NCBI GenBank assembly: GCA_049297395.1
Contig: JBAQUG010000497.1
Coordinates: 5,516 to 69,515 of the forward strand
Reading direction: 5' to 3'
DNA: 64,000 bases
Source of the DNA: Victivallales bacterium
GTDB lineage: Bacteria; Verrucomicrobiota; Lentisphaeria; Victivallales; GWF2-50-93
Every line of letters begins with the position of its first letter. Position 1 is the first letter of the stretch. Both the position numbers and the translations under genes were made by a program. Under the pieces are notes generated by a model. The model searched no databases and had not been told where the DNA came from. It was given only the letters and a program-made list of their open reading frames with translations. Below, piece by piece: positions 34,508 through 44,246 of the stretch.

Positions 34508-36376
34508 TTATGGAAGTTTCTCCGCATCCGTGGTGACAAAGACAGGGCTGGCGTAGGTGATACCGCCGTTGCGCTGCAGTGCGCGGAAATAGTAGTGGGT
34601 GTTTTTGGCAACCCTTCCCAGCGGAACCTTCAGGTCGATGTCGAGCTCATCGGACGAGCCAGCCCAGACAGCCCGGCCGTCGGAGATGATCTCCATGACC
34701 TGTATTGCATCGTCTGCACTGAGGAGTATCCTCGCCACCAGAAGTTCATCCTTCTGGACAGAAAGCTCGCCCCCGCCCAAAACACCATTGACCGTAAAGT
34801 GGACAATCGCCCGAGTGTCCCACACCGCCCAGGTGTGTCGCGCCGAGAGGGCGTTGAACACATTCTGACGTTCCAGACGGCCAGTCCAGACGCCAGTGAG
34901 AATCACGCTGTAGATGGGATGCGCCCCCGAGCCTTCGCATTCAGCGAATGCCCTGCCGGGATAGCCGCAGTGGTTGTCCGTCCCGCCCGTGAAACCAAGC
35001 TTGTAGCCCATCTTTAGTGCATCCTGCACCGAGGCGTGGTTGTTCTGATGCCATCCACGCCAGGAATCCTCGCAGACATCCATTTCCTGGTTACCCCGGC
35101 ATTGGAATATCTCCACCAGCCGTATGTAATCCTTTCCCTTGCCCCAGGGGTATGGATGCCAGTACGGGGAGTCGTCTTCCTGCTTGCGGGACTCTGAGAC
35201 GGCATTTGGATGGTGTGGGATCGCGATGAAATCCTTCTGTCGCGAAAGTTTTTCCACGAATATTTCGGGATTGCCGGCGGAGACGCCTGCCGAACCGTTG
35301 CAGACCAGCGGGTGATCTGGAGTGGTGAAGTAATAGTTCTCATGTCCACGGTCACCACCGTTCTCCCAGCCGAATAGGGTCGTAAATTCGCCGGGGCGGT
35401 TGAAGTCCTCCAAAACCGTGACAGTGTTTTTCCAGTCCTCTCCTGCGGTTCCATGATCGCTGGGGGCGGCGAAGTCCATGTTCAGGCCATCGCGGGCGAA
35501 TTGCAGGGCCTGGGAGAGCTCTCTCTGCCCATCCCCGGAAATATCTGTATGCCAGTGGAATTCGCCATAGGCTGGACGAAGCCCACCCTGCATTTCAGAC
35601 CACACAGGATTTCCAGTGACCACCAGTTTGTCTACGACACGTTGTCCATTGGAAATGTTTTCTCCAAGATCAAGCGAGTTCATTGCGATGGTTGCTTTCA
35701 GCCGTCCTACGCCGTTAGGCCTGTCAAGGTGGACAATCTTGGTTTCAGACAGCTCCTCCCGCCACTGTCGGCCGTTCCATTCCAGATCCATAGGCACCTC
35801 CCTTGCGAATTTCGCAGGGTTGCCGAAGCGGTCCTCAGGAACCATGAGGGTGCGTATACTGCCATCGGCTCCTGGAAACGGACGGCTGTAGATTGAGAAC
35901 CGCTCCACTGGTCCGGCCACCACTGTCATCTCGCAATCCGAGTCCAGCTCCTTCCTGGCTTCCGGAACCGGGGCGGATGGATTGAACGGGTTGCGGACAT
36001 CGGTGATCCACACGGACAGTATCTCGTTGATGCCCGCCCAGACATGCGGTATCATGGTGAGGCTGATCGCAACTTCCTGTCCCTGGCGGACACCGTAGGG
36101 TAGTGTCGCGCGGATGATCATGTATTTTGAGCGGGAGAAGACGTTGTTGAACATTTCCGAGATCGACGGACGGAGCTTCCAGCGGAATGTGACATCCGCA
36201 CCATCGATCGACATCTTCGCATACCGCCAGGAGATGAAGGAGCGCAGACGGTGGCAGCGGAGTTCGATCTGCGTGCCCGGCACGTAGTGTTCCTCCGCCT
36301 TCCAGACCAGGCGGTAGTCGAACTGGCGGAAGAGCGTGCAGTGCGCTTGCACCTTGTTGGCTATTTCAAGAGACAT
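34508..36376 (-). CDS. PHP-domain (CehA/McbA- or DUF3604-like) metal-dependent hydrolase with N-terminal Ig-like region; no signal peptide
   Basis: YGEFHWHTDISGDG is the HxH..D metal motif, with FAAPSDHG and IAIPHHPN as further His clusters. This matches the PHP/CehA pattern. Function in glycan processing is unknown. Confidence 0.5.
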   Translation of the reverse strand: MSLEIANKVQAHCTLFRQFDYRLVWKAEEHYVPGTQIELRCHRLRSFISWRYAKMSIDGADVTFRWKLRPSISEMFNNVFSRSKYMIIRATLPYGVRQGQEVAISLTMIPHVWAGINEILSVWITDVRNPFNPSAPVPEARKELDSDCEMTVVAGPVERFSIYSRPFPGADGSIRTLMVPEDRFGNPAKFAREVPMDLEWNGRQWREELSETKIVHLDRPNGVGRLKATIAMNSLDLGENISNGQRVVDKLVVTGNPVWSEMQGGLRPAYGEFHWHTDISGDGQRELSQALQFARDGLNMDFAAPSDHGTAGEDWKNTVTVLEDFNRPGEFTTLFGWENGGDRGHENYYFTTPDHPLVCNGSAGVSAGNPEIFVEKLSRQKDFIAIPHHPNAVSESRKQEDDSPYWHPYPWGKGKDYIRLVEIFQCRGNQEMDVCEDSWRGWHQNNHASVQDALKMGYKLGFTGGTDNHCGYPGRAFAECEGSGAHPIYSVILTGVWTGRLERQNVFNALSARHTWAVWDTRAIVHFTVNGVLGGGELSVQKDELLVARILLSADDAIQVMEIISDGRAVWAGSSDELDIDLKVPLGRVAKNTHYYFRALQRNGGITYASPVFVTTDAEKLP

Positions 36377-36409
36377 GAGAGATCCTTTCCAAGTTTTGAA
36401 TTTCTTGTT

Positions 36410-38305
36410 TCAATAATGTTTTTCATCACTATTCAGAATCTGTTTTTCTTCAGAGGACATCATGAAGGTCTTGATATTCTCCTCCGTGGGAGCAATAACT
36501 TCCTTAGGTGGCACATGAATAAATTCGCTGATGCGGGGAAGACGTTGAAAAATATCATCCAATCCAGCGTCCAGCAGTGTTTCGACTTGATGCGGATCGT
36601 ATGGCAGTCCTTCGTCACCCTTCTGATAGGATCCCGGACAGAAGAGGAGAATCGGAGAATCGTAGTATGGCACGAGCACCGCAAAATTGCCAAAATGAAT
36701 ATGCGCAGCCGCCCGAAAGTGGGTCACCTGTTGAAGACCGCCGACACACAGTCCCAGTTCTCCGCTTTCAGGATCCAGCGCAAGTTCGATACGCTGTCGG
36801 TCGGACGCAGTGAAATCCCCATGAATCCGCATCATCAAAAAGGCAATCATTTTCTGCTTCAGATCAATCCGCTGTGATTGGCATTCCGTCAGGACATACA
36901 AATTGTTGAAGCAATACTCGTCCCGTTTCAAGTCAAAGAGAGCGCACTCTTCACGTCGCGGGGTATACACCATCTTCCAATCACGATAAACAATGGACCG
37001 AATAAGATAATGCTCACAGAGCGAGACGCGGTCTGCATCCCGCGTCTGTGCTCCAAGTACGCGAGGCGCGAGACTTTTACCCTCATGCCCGCCCGGCGCG
37101 TCCAATCCGGCCAATTCGAGCGCCGTGCTGTATACATCCACCAATTCAACCGGCTGGCTGCAACGCCCCGGGCGTTCCGAGGAAACCGACAGACATGGTG
37201 CCGGCCTGATGATCAGAGGTACACGGACGATCTCTTCGGAAGCTACATGCGTTCCTTTGTCAAAAAGCCCGCGATAACCAGCCTCGTCGCCATGATCGGC
37301 AGTAAAGATTACACTGGTATTTTGATCCAAGCCCAATGCCCGCAAATGAGACATCACGCGTCCGATTTCAGTGTCAATGAATTGTATCAGCATATTATAT
37401 GTCGCTACCACAAAACGGAACTGCCTGTCTCCTAGGACATGGCGCGAATGGCCTTTTGCGTAACAGGTAAAAAGGGACGGTGTCATGGTACGGCAGTCAT
37501 CGTCCGTTGGTTCAGGCCAGAGATTCAGTGAATCAGGCGCAATCCTATCAAACCATTCTGAGGGAAGAGTGTGGGGATAATGAGGCCTGTCGTAGGTCAG
37601 CCATGCGAAAAATGGTTTGGCCTTTTTCTTAGCCTGCTCCAAAAAATCAAGACACGTGCTTGTCGTATATGTTTCCAGGCTTCCAGCCAACGGAACATCT
37701 GATCTGACGCTTGACCTGACAATGAGAGGCGAACTGTCATCGGAGTCCGACGCGAAGACGAAAGGACTGGGGGGCGTAGCAGACTTGCCCATGAGAGATT
37801 GCGGAACATGCCCGTGGATTTGATCATTCGGCCAGGGATAGCCGCGTTGTTCGCAGAACGCCTTGTAATGATTGCCCGCTGGACGCGCCAGATCGACTTC
37901 CTCCGGGAGCGTCGGCGCGCAAACATCGTACTGCCAGCGATTTGATCCGATTGACAAAACATGAAATTTCCCGAAAGCGCCGGTCAAATATCCGGATGAA
38001 TGAAAAACATCCTGAAGCCACGGAATGTCGCTGCGGCATTCTCCGGTAAAACCGAACTGTTGTGTCGTGGTGCAATAACGGCCGGACAGCATGGAAATGC
38101 GGGACGGCAGGCAGATCGGGTTATTGCAGCGGGCTTGCTCAAAGAGCACGCCTTCCTGCGCCAATTGATCCAGGTTTGGAGTATGTACCTGCGGATTGCC
38201 CAAAATGCTCAGACAACGCGCATTCCACTGGTCGCACTGGATCAGCAGGATGTTGTGGGTGTTTCCTGGATTCGAGGGGGAATTTATCGAATGTAGTTTG
38301 TTCAT
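36410..38305 (-). CDS. Cys-type S1 sulfatase (formylglycine-dependent), apparently cytoplasmic, with a C-terminal extension of about 150 aa
   Basis: ILLIQCDQWNARC...HTPNLDQLAQEGVLFEQARCNNPICLPSRISMLSGRY contains the C-x-P-S-R sulfatase signature. Also FTADHGDEAG. The ATG at 38305 gives MNKLHSINSPSNPGN with no hydrophobic signal. The ORF-track start at 38338 is a TTG abutting the P3 stop. Confidence 0.85.
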   Translation of the reverse strand: MNKLHSINSPSNPGNTHNILLIQCDQWNARCLSILGNPQVHTPNLDQLAQEGVLFEQARCNNPICLPSRISMLSGRYCTTTQQFGFTGECRSDIPWLQDVFHSSGYLTGAFGKFHVLSIGSNRWQYDVCAPTLPEEVDLARPAGNHYKAFCEQRGYPWPNDQIHGHVPQSLMGKSATPPSPFVFASDSDDSSPLIVRSSVRSDVPLAGSLETYTTSTCLDFLEQAKKKAKPFFAWLTYDRPHYPHTLPSEWFDRIAPDSLNLWPEPTDDDCRTMTPSLFTCYAKGHSRHVLGDRQFRFVVATYNMLIQFIDTEIGRVMSHLRALGLDQNTSVIFTADHGDEAGYRGLFDKGTHVASEEIVRVPLIIRPAPCLSVSSERPGRCSQPVELVDVYSTALELAGLDAPGGHEGKSLAPRVLGAQTRDADRVSLCEHYLIRSIVYRDWKMVYTPRREECALFDLKRDEYCFNNLYVLTECQSQRIDLKQKMIAFLMMRIHGDFTASDRQRIELALDPESGELGLCVGGLQQVTHFRAAAHIHFGNFAVLVPYYDSPILLFCPGSYQKGDEGLPYDPHQVETLLDAGLDDIFQRLPRISEFIHVPPKEVIAPTEENIKTFMMSSEEKQILNSDEKHY

Positions 38306-38338
38306 GGTATTTTTCAGTTCAACTCTTCTCCATCGCAA

Positions 38339-39265
38339 TTATTGGTTTTCCGTGACACCTGGCATCCCCTGGGTTACAGAGGTGCGCACATCTTTAACCG
38401 ATAAGGTATCCCCATGCCCATCAGCGAAAACAACATTCGCCTTCTTCAAATGGCGCAGATCTGTCTCTGTACCGGCGTTTGTCCATATAGTTTCCCCATC
38501 ACACAGATAAAAGTAATACGAGTTATTATACCATTTAGTCTCAGAGTGGTAGAGCAAAGAGGATGGCTTTGTTAACTGGCTGCGCCGAAAGAGGCCGCGA
38601 TCAAGGAAACTGTTACCACCGGGGGCGTTCCACAGACCTGCGCCCCCCCCAGTCCATACGAACCAGACGTTAAGTCCGTAGGTCGTGGAGTTGCCGTAGT
38701 TACCCGCCGCCGACGATCCCGTCTCCGGCACCGGGATACTTATAGATTGGCAGGCCAGTGATTTCCCGTCCATTTTGTATAGTGCGTACAGACCATGGAT
38801 ATGTAAAGGATCACGCCCACTCCAAGAGGCTGGAGGCAGGTAGTCGTTGAAGTCATCTGAAAAAAATGACGAGAAAGAGAACACCTGCTTGATGTTGCTC
38901 ATGCAGCTCGCCCGCTTTGCATAATCCTGTGCGTTTTTAAGGGCAGGAAGAAGCATTGCGGCAAGAATTGCAATGATCGCTATTACTATTAATAGTTCTA
39001 TTAAAGTAAATCCCCGCCTTGCTATGCAGGTCCTCGGCTTTACCTCATCGACCAGCAGGGTCGAGAACTGTCGCGGTGCGTTGCAACGCCCGTTCCCAGC
39101 TCCCTCCTCATTAAATGCAGCATGCGGATTTGACATTTCGCTTCGCTCCATTGCTGGCAACGCCAGCCGGTCTCGCTTTGCTCGGCACCCCACACTATGC
39201 TTTCCTGTTGTTTTCCTGTCAAGGTTTATGAGACCTATTTGACCGGCAGCCCTTTCAAGATTCAT
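38339..39265 (-). CDS. Prepilin-type / DUF1559 pseudopilin-like protein with exact H-X9-DG box, P3; start uncertain (39265, 39325 or later)
   Basis: [47 protein letters not shown] has the canonical G|F cleavage context. C-terminal [14 protein letters not shown] strong AGGGAGG Shine-Dalgarno precedes ATG 39265, but that leaves about 90 aa ahead of the cleavage site. Confidence 0.8.
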   Translation of the reverse strand: MNLERAAGQIGLINLDRKTTGKHSVGCRAKRDRLALPAMERSEMSNPHAAFNEEGAGNGRCNAPRQFSTLLVDEVKPRTCIARRGFTLIELLIVIAIIAILAAMLLPALKNAQDYAKRASCMSNIKQVFSFSSFFSDDFNDYLPPASWSGRDPLHIHGLYALYKMDGKSLACQSISIPVPETGSSAAGNYGNSTTYGLNVWFVWTGGGAGLWNAPGGNSFLDRGLFRRSQLTKPSSLLYHSETKWYNNSYYFYLCDGETIWTNAGTETDLRHLKKANVVFADGHGDTLSVKDVRTSVTQGMPGVTENQ

Positions 39266-39378
39266 ACATACCTCCCTTATGTAATCAGAATATAAGCCAA
39301 GTTCCATATAAAACCCATACTCCATCTATATCTTTTCTTTGCGCTTCTGTTTTCATATTGAAAGATTTACAATTTGAT

Positions 39379-42300
39379 CTATTGCAGGAACATGGATCCG
39401 TAGAGGGTGTGCTTCCTTCCTCTCATTATGGCATGGAAGAGCTCTAGACCAGCCCTGGAGCCGTTGCTGTCCTTATCATTGATGAGCAAATCTATTCCGA
39501 TAGGCTTGCCCTTCTCAACTTTTTCCAGGCCGATTTGCGCCCAGGGAACGGTAATTTTATATGTGGTGATGAGGGCATTGTCATCACGGGAGATTTCCAT
39601 GGGGAAGTCCTTGGTGACATCGCCCAGACTGAGTTGTTTTTTGTTAAATGAGTCATGCCTCCAGGCAATATTCCTGCCGTTGGAGCGAGCGAAGGATAGG
39701 CTGGAGAGCTTCTTTGTGAAAATGTCTGCAAGCGGGTTGTAGAGTTCGTCGAACTCGGGATGGGTGTCAAATGCCACTTGCAGGTCGTCTTCCAGCCAGA
39801 GAATATCTCCGGGCTTGTTCTGGTCAAATTCATCGTCGTTGACACTGACAATGATATATAGGTTTGCATCGTCCCAGGTGAAGGTGGCAGTGGCCGAATC
39901 GACTCGACCGGAGGAGCCCTTGCCGCTCCAGGAGATGGTGTTCGGAATCTTTCCTTCACTGGGTTCGCCGACGCGGTGTGCGGAGAGGAAATTTATTTTC
40001 TGGGAGGAGCGGATAGTGTCCATGCCTTCCGGCTTTGCGGCGAGCTCGATGGAGTAGGTAGTGCCCGGCTTTGCGGTCTTGAAAGGGAAAAATGTTTTTG
40101 CCGTGGCGTTGGCAGGGAGCAGGAGTTCTTTCTCACGTGTGCCATTATCGTCGATTTTGAGTGAAATGGAGGCGTTTACGGGAAGAGGGGAATGGTTTTT
40201 CAAGGAAACGGATACGCCAAGGCAACCCTCTTGGAGAGCAGGTTCGCCCCGTGGGATGCTGACAGATCCGCAGACTTGGATCCATTTTGTGCTTTTACCG
40301 GCACAGATGGGATATGGACCAGCGGGAACGGAGGCGTCGATTGAGATGGAGAAGAGGGCACCCCCGTTTTTTTTAGTATCAATGCCTATTCCGAAAACAT
40401 TGAACAAGGAATCCCAAAAGGAGAAGCGATTTCCTTCCGTTTTTGTCACGGTAAAGCCAGTTGGGAGTGAGGGTTGACCCTCCAACCGAAGTTTGAAGCC
40501 TGTGCCAGGGAAGGCGGTGGCGACGAATGAGTCTTTCCGCAGAGGCTTCCCGTAGAGTTCCGGAGAAAGACCTTTCAGGTAGAGGACACTGGGCGATACA
40601 TCCAGATTGATACAGGAGTCTTTTGGCGTGATTGCAGTTGTGTTGCCCATCATGTCAACGAGTTCCAGCGGGGTTCCGGAGGAGGTATCCTGGTGGACTT
40701 TAAGAAGCACCCTATGGTTTTGCTCCACAGACCAGATGGTAAGAACGGGTTCGCCCTCCTTAATGAAGAGATAGGAGTAGATGTCGGAGCCGAAGAAAGG
40801 GAGATCCGAGAGGGGGGCGGCTCCTTCGAGCTGGTCGACGCAGACGGCGTAGGCGGGGAGTACGGGCTTTGGGGAAAGATCAACGTCATTGCAGTCGGGA
40901 GACCATTTGAAATCCTGGTTGAGAACGTAGCAGAGTCCCCAGGAGTTGTTCGGATCTGTGACTGATAGATCCAAGGTGTAGAAAATAAAGTGGGCTTTGA
41001 GGCCTTCGCCCTTGAGGATGATGGCGGCGCGGGTATGCCACTGGGCCTGTTCCTTGGCGCGGTCGCTGCCACCGTACTGGGACATATAGCCCAGTTCCGT
41101 GTTGTAGATATCCATGTCCTTGCCGCCATTATGCTTTCTGATGACATCACTGAGGTCGCGGACACCCTTGATCAGTCTGTATTCCGGCGGCGGCGGATTG
41201 TACAGGTGGGTATTTACGGCATCGATATATTTGCCGAGACCGGCCTGGAAGAGGGTGTCCACCCAGGGAGCATATTCAGTACCGCACACGCAAGGACCGA
41301 TGAGGATGGCATCATCGTCCTGAGTCTTTATGACGGTTCTGGCCTGTTTGTAGAGCTCGACGATATCTTCCGAACTGTAGGCTGGCTTCCATGCCGGCCA
41401 TGCAGGATCGTTTTTTATGTGTTCTTTTGTATTGGCGTTGATTTCCCATGCAACATCATAGACGTGATTCTTCATGTGCGGGTAGAGGTGTTTTTCAACC
41501 TTGATGTAGTCGGTGAGGTGGTCCTGGAAGTAATTCCACTTGAAACCAGGGAATTCTCCCGGGGTGTCAGACCTGGCCCATCGAGGGATTACCAAGTTGA
41601 AAAGGAGGTTCAGCAGATGGAGTTCAATTTCGGGACGGGGACTTGAAGTGGAGATCCGGTCGCTGGCCCATTTTGCCGTGCCGGAACTGCGGTCGGGCTT
41701 TTCGGGCTCAATGTTCCAATTGTCATATTTTGAATTCCAGCAGACACCAAGGAGCTCTTGAATGCCATGGTCATTCCCTCCGGTATGCAGGCCGAAGAAT
41801 GCTTTGGAGAGATATTTTTCCCTTCGGGCGTTGTTTTCCGAGATGGTTTTGGGCATGACGGCAAAGGTGGCGCGTCCTTGTCCGAGAGTGCCCCCTCCAA
41901 GTATGCAGGAATCCTTTTCGATACGCGTGCCTTTGGAGTCAACCCACCAGGCACGCATATCGTAGTAGCCAGAGGGCATTGAACCGAGGGAAACCTTGTA
42001 GGTCTTTCCGGAAGCGTCGGATGGTTTGAGAGTGACCTTGGCGGTCTCTTTGCCGAAATAGTCGGACACGATGAGCTCGACGGCACTTGCGCCGACTGGA
42101 AAGGAATTTGCTGTGAATGTAAATTCAACTGGTTCATTGCGCTCATATATGTTGAGACCTGGCTTGGAAGAAGTGGTCTTTAGGCCGACAGTGGCGTTTT
42201 TGAGTAACTTGTAAAGGAATACTTTCTGGATATAGACGGATCCATTGTCGACGGCGATGTTTTGGAGGCAGATGTATTTCACTTTCGAGCAATCAAAATC

Positions 42301-42837
42301 CTCCTTGGATTTTGATTCTTTTAGTGGGGCAACGCTGTTGAAGGGGAAGATAATGCTGGTCAAGACCATGCCACGATCAATGAAGGCGGGGGCGGCTTGT
42401 ACACCGTAGAGGGCGGAGTCGCCGCACTCGAACTGGATGATACTCAACCATCTTCCCGGTTCACGTACACCTAATATGACGCAGATGCCATCGGCGTCCT
42501 TCCAGGCAGAGGCATCCTCAATGTGTCTTCCGAGGCTGAACCCTTCGCCTTTACTGGCCTCCTTGAAGTGGAACTCTCCTTTGAAGAGTGAGAGGGGCTG
42601 TCCATTGCAGAGGATTTGGTGGCCAAAAGAGATGGTTGAGTTGGCATTTGGGCTGCTTTGGAAATGCCAGAGGGGATCTGGGTTTTTATCGAATGAGCCC
42701 AGGAGGAGGGTTTCCTGATACTGCGATGACACGGCATCCGCAGTCAAGGTCTCCTCGGCGGAATAGGAACTGGACATGAATCCCCAAAAGCAGAGAGTGG
42801 CGGATAACGTTTGAAAAATAACTTTCGCAAGACTCAT
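39379..42837 (-). CDS. Secreted multidomain protein: N-terminal beta-sandwiches, clan GH-A-like TIM barrel, C-terminal CBM9-like domain
   Basis: The signal peptide MSLAKVIFQTLSATLCFWGFMSSSYSAEE starts at ATG 42837. The upstream ORF extension to 43047 is non-protein-like. VYDVAWEINANT and DIYNTELGY are GH-A strand-4/strand-7-like motifs. TFTWDDANLYIIVSVNDDEFDQ..WLEDDLQVAFD is the CBM9/DOMON-like signature. Confidence 0.6.
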   Translation of the reverse strand: MSLAKVIFQTLSATLCFWGFMSSSYSAEETLTADAVSSQYQETLLLGSFDKNPDPLWHFQSSPNANSTISFGHQILCNGQPLSLFKGEFHFKEASKGEGFSLGRHIEDASAWKDADGICVILGVREPGRWLSIIQFECGDSALYGVQAAPAFIDRGMVLTSIIFPFNSVAPLKESKSKEDFDCSKVKYICLQNIAVDNGSVYIQKVFLYKLLKNATVGLKTTSSKPGLNIYERNEPVEFTFTANSFPVGASAVELIVSDYFGKETAKVTLKPSDASGKTYKVSLGSMPSGYYDMRAWWVDSKGTRIEKDSCILGGGTLGQGRATFAVMPKTISENNARREKYLSKAFFGLHTGGNDHGIQELLGVCWNSKYDNWNIEPEKPDRSSGTAKWASDRISTSSPRPEIELHLLNLLFNLVIPRWARSDTPGEFPGFKWNYFQDHLTDYIKVEKHLYPHMKNHVYDVAWEINANTKEHIKNDPAWPAWKPAYSSEDIVELYKQARTVIKTQDDDAILIGPCVCGTEYAPWVDTLFQAGLGKYIDAVNTHLYNPPPPEYRLIKGVRDLSDVIRKHNGGKDMDIYNTELGYMSQYGGSDRAKEQAQWHTRAAIILKGEGLKAHFIFYTLDLSVTDPNNSWGLCYVLNQDFKWSPDCNDVDLSPKPVLPAYAVCVDQLEGAAPLSDLPFFGSDIYSYLFIKEGEPVLTIWSVEQNHRVLLKVHQDTSSGTPLELVDMMGNTTAITPKDSCINLDVSPSVLYLKGLSPELYGKPLRKDSFVATAFPGTGFKLRLEGQPSLPTGFTVTKTEGNRFSFWDSLFNVFGIGIDTKKNGGALFSISIDASVPAGPYPICAGKSTKWIQVCGSVSIPRGEPALQEGCLGVSVSLKNHSPLPVNASISLKIDDNGTREKELLLPANATAKTFFPFKTAKPGTTYSIELAAKPEGMDTIRSSQKINFLSAHRVGEPSEGKIPNTISWSGKGSSGRVDSATATFTWDDANLYIIVSVNDDEFDQNKPGDILWLEDDLQVAFDTHPEFDELYNPLADIFTKKLSSLSFARSNGRNIAWRHDSFNKKQLSLGDVTKDFPMEISRDDNALITTYKITVPWAQIGLEKVEKGKPIGIDLLINDKDSNGSRAGLELFHAIMRGRKHTLYGSMFLQ

Positions 42838-43167
42838 GGGAAAGATGCTTGGCAGCAACTCGATTACTAAACAGTTTAGAGATAGTTGATCTTCTGAAAT
42901 ATTTTGTCGAGCAGGCATATGACATCTTCCTGTTTTATACTTTCTTTGTATTCCCGTTGCCTTGACAATATTATGAGGCCTGTACCCTGTCAAGACAAAA
43001 TTTTGATTTAGTGGATTACTAAAGGTTACATTATGGTGACATATCATGAATATGTTCCATGCATATGATTGACATGATGCATATGGCAGTTATCGTAATA
43101 ATCAAAGATGAGAAGCACTATTCCCCTTCAGGGCGAATATCATTAAGGAATAAGGAGAGCTTCGATT

Positions 43168-44232
43168 ATGAAGGAACTGGATCCGAATTCGTCAATCCCT
43201 CTTTATCTTCAGCTCCGGAAGGCTCTTTGCCATCAGATACTGACAGGAGACAGATCGGAGTATCTTCCCAGAGAAGTGGATCTTTGCCGGCGCTATGGTG
43301 TCAGCAGGCGCACAGTTGCTCGTGCCATGGCATTGCTTGTCAGCGATGGCATAGTACAGCGTATCAAGAGAAAAGGCACTTTGATACGGCTCCGTCCAGA
43401 AAAATCACTGGAGGGTCGAATAGGGTTGGTTTTCCCGATCTCCAATCAATGGGAGACTTTGCTTCAGGGGATGCATGACACTGCGGCCAAGTCAGGATGC
43501 AGTTTGATTATTTTCCCTTATGACTGGTTCAATCTGGCGGACGAGCGCCGTGCGCTCATGATCGCCAGCAGCAGCAGCGATGGGTTGATAGTCTATCCCA
43601 ATGCCGAGGAATCCGACCGCAGTCCAATCGCCGACCTCCACGATGTCGGATATCCGATTGTGCTCCTGGATCTTTATTTTGACGACTGCGACTGCTCATA
43701 CGTCGGGATGGATAATTTCCTATGCGCCTGCAAGCTGACCGAAGCGTTGATCCAAAAACCGTCTGACAGGATAGGCATTATACACGTAGCGGTGGTAAAA
43801 AGCCAAATCAGCGTTCGGCAGCGTGTGGCTGGATTCCATAAAACCTTGGAGCAGCATCAGATCAAATTCGACGAGTCCATGGAACTCATACTTCATTCTC
43901 GTGATCGTGATGAAAATCTTGAAAGGATAAGCTCATTCCTCAAAAACACCTCCCTTGATGGAGTGTTCGTAACGAGTCAGTATTGTTATCCATGGCATAA
44001 TTTGGACAGCCTGGATTTTTCAAGACTGAGGGTTTCCACCGTTGGCTCGAGGCAGTACTACTCCAGCCGCCTGAATTTAAACTACGCTGAACTGCCGGAA
44101 GAAGAGATCGGGCACATGGCCATAGAGCTGTTGAAAGAGAAAATCAACGCTCCCTCCTCCAGATCCAAAAGGATCCAGGTCGCCCCCATTTTCCATTGGC
44201 GGCAGGAAAAGGCACAGTTGCAATCGATTTAG
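43168..44232 (+). CDS. GntR-type winged-HTH regulator fused to a LacI/PBP1-type sugar-binding domain
   Basis: IPLYLQLRKALCHQILTGDRSEYLPREVDLCRRYGVSRRTVARAMALLVSDGIVQRIKRKGTLI is a GntR HTH. It is followed by a periplasmic-binding-protein-like fold (IGLVFP..., GLIVYPN, IVLLD). It is divergent from 39379-42837. Confidence 0.8.
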   Translation: MKELDPNSSIPLYLQLRKALCHQILTGDRSEYLPREVDLCRRYGVSRRTVARAMALLVSDGIVQRIKRKGTLIRLRPEKSLEGRIGLVFPISNQWETLLQGMHDTAAKSGCSLIIFPYDWFNLADERRALMIASSSSDGLIVYPNAEESDRSPIADLHDVGYPIVLLDLYFDDCDCSYVGMDNFLCACKLTEALIQKPSDRIGIIHVAVVKSQISVRQRVAGFHKTLEQHQIKFDESMELILHSRDRDENLERISSFLKNTSLDGVFVTSQYCYPWHNLDSLDFSRLRVSTVGSRQYYSSRLNLNYAELPEEEIGHMAIELLKEKINAPSSRSKRIQVAPIFHWRQEKAQLQSI

Positions 44233-44246
44233 AGATTCCCTAACCT

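Noticed and set aside
42838-43047. The 70-codon N-terminal extension of ORF 39379-43047.
   Set aside because: A clean signal peptide begins at Met71 (ATG 42837). The upstream part (MICHHNVTFSNPLNQNF..) is not protein-like and overlaps the divergent control region.
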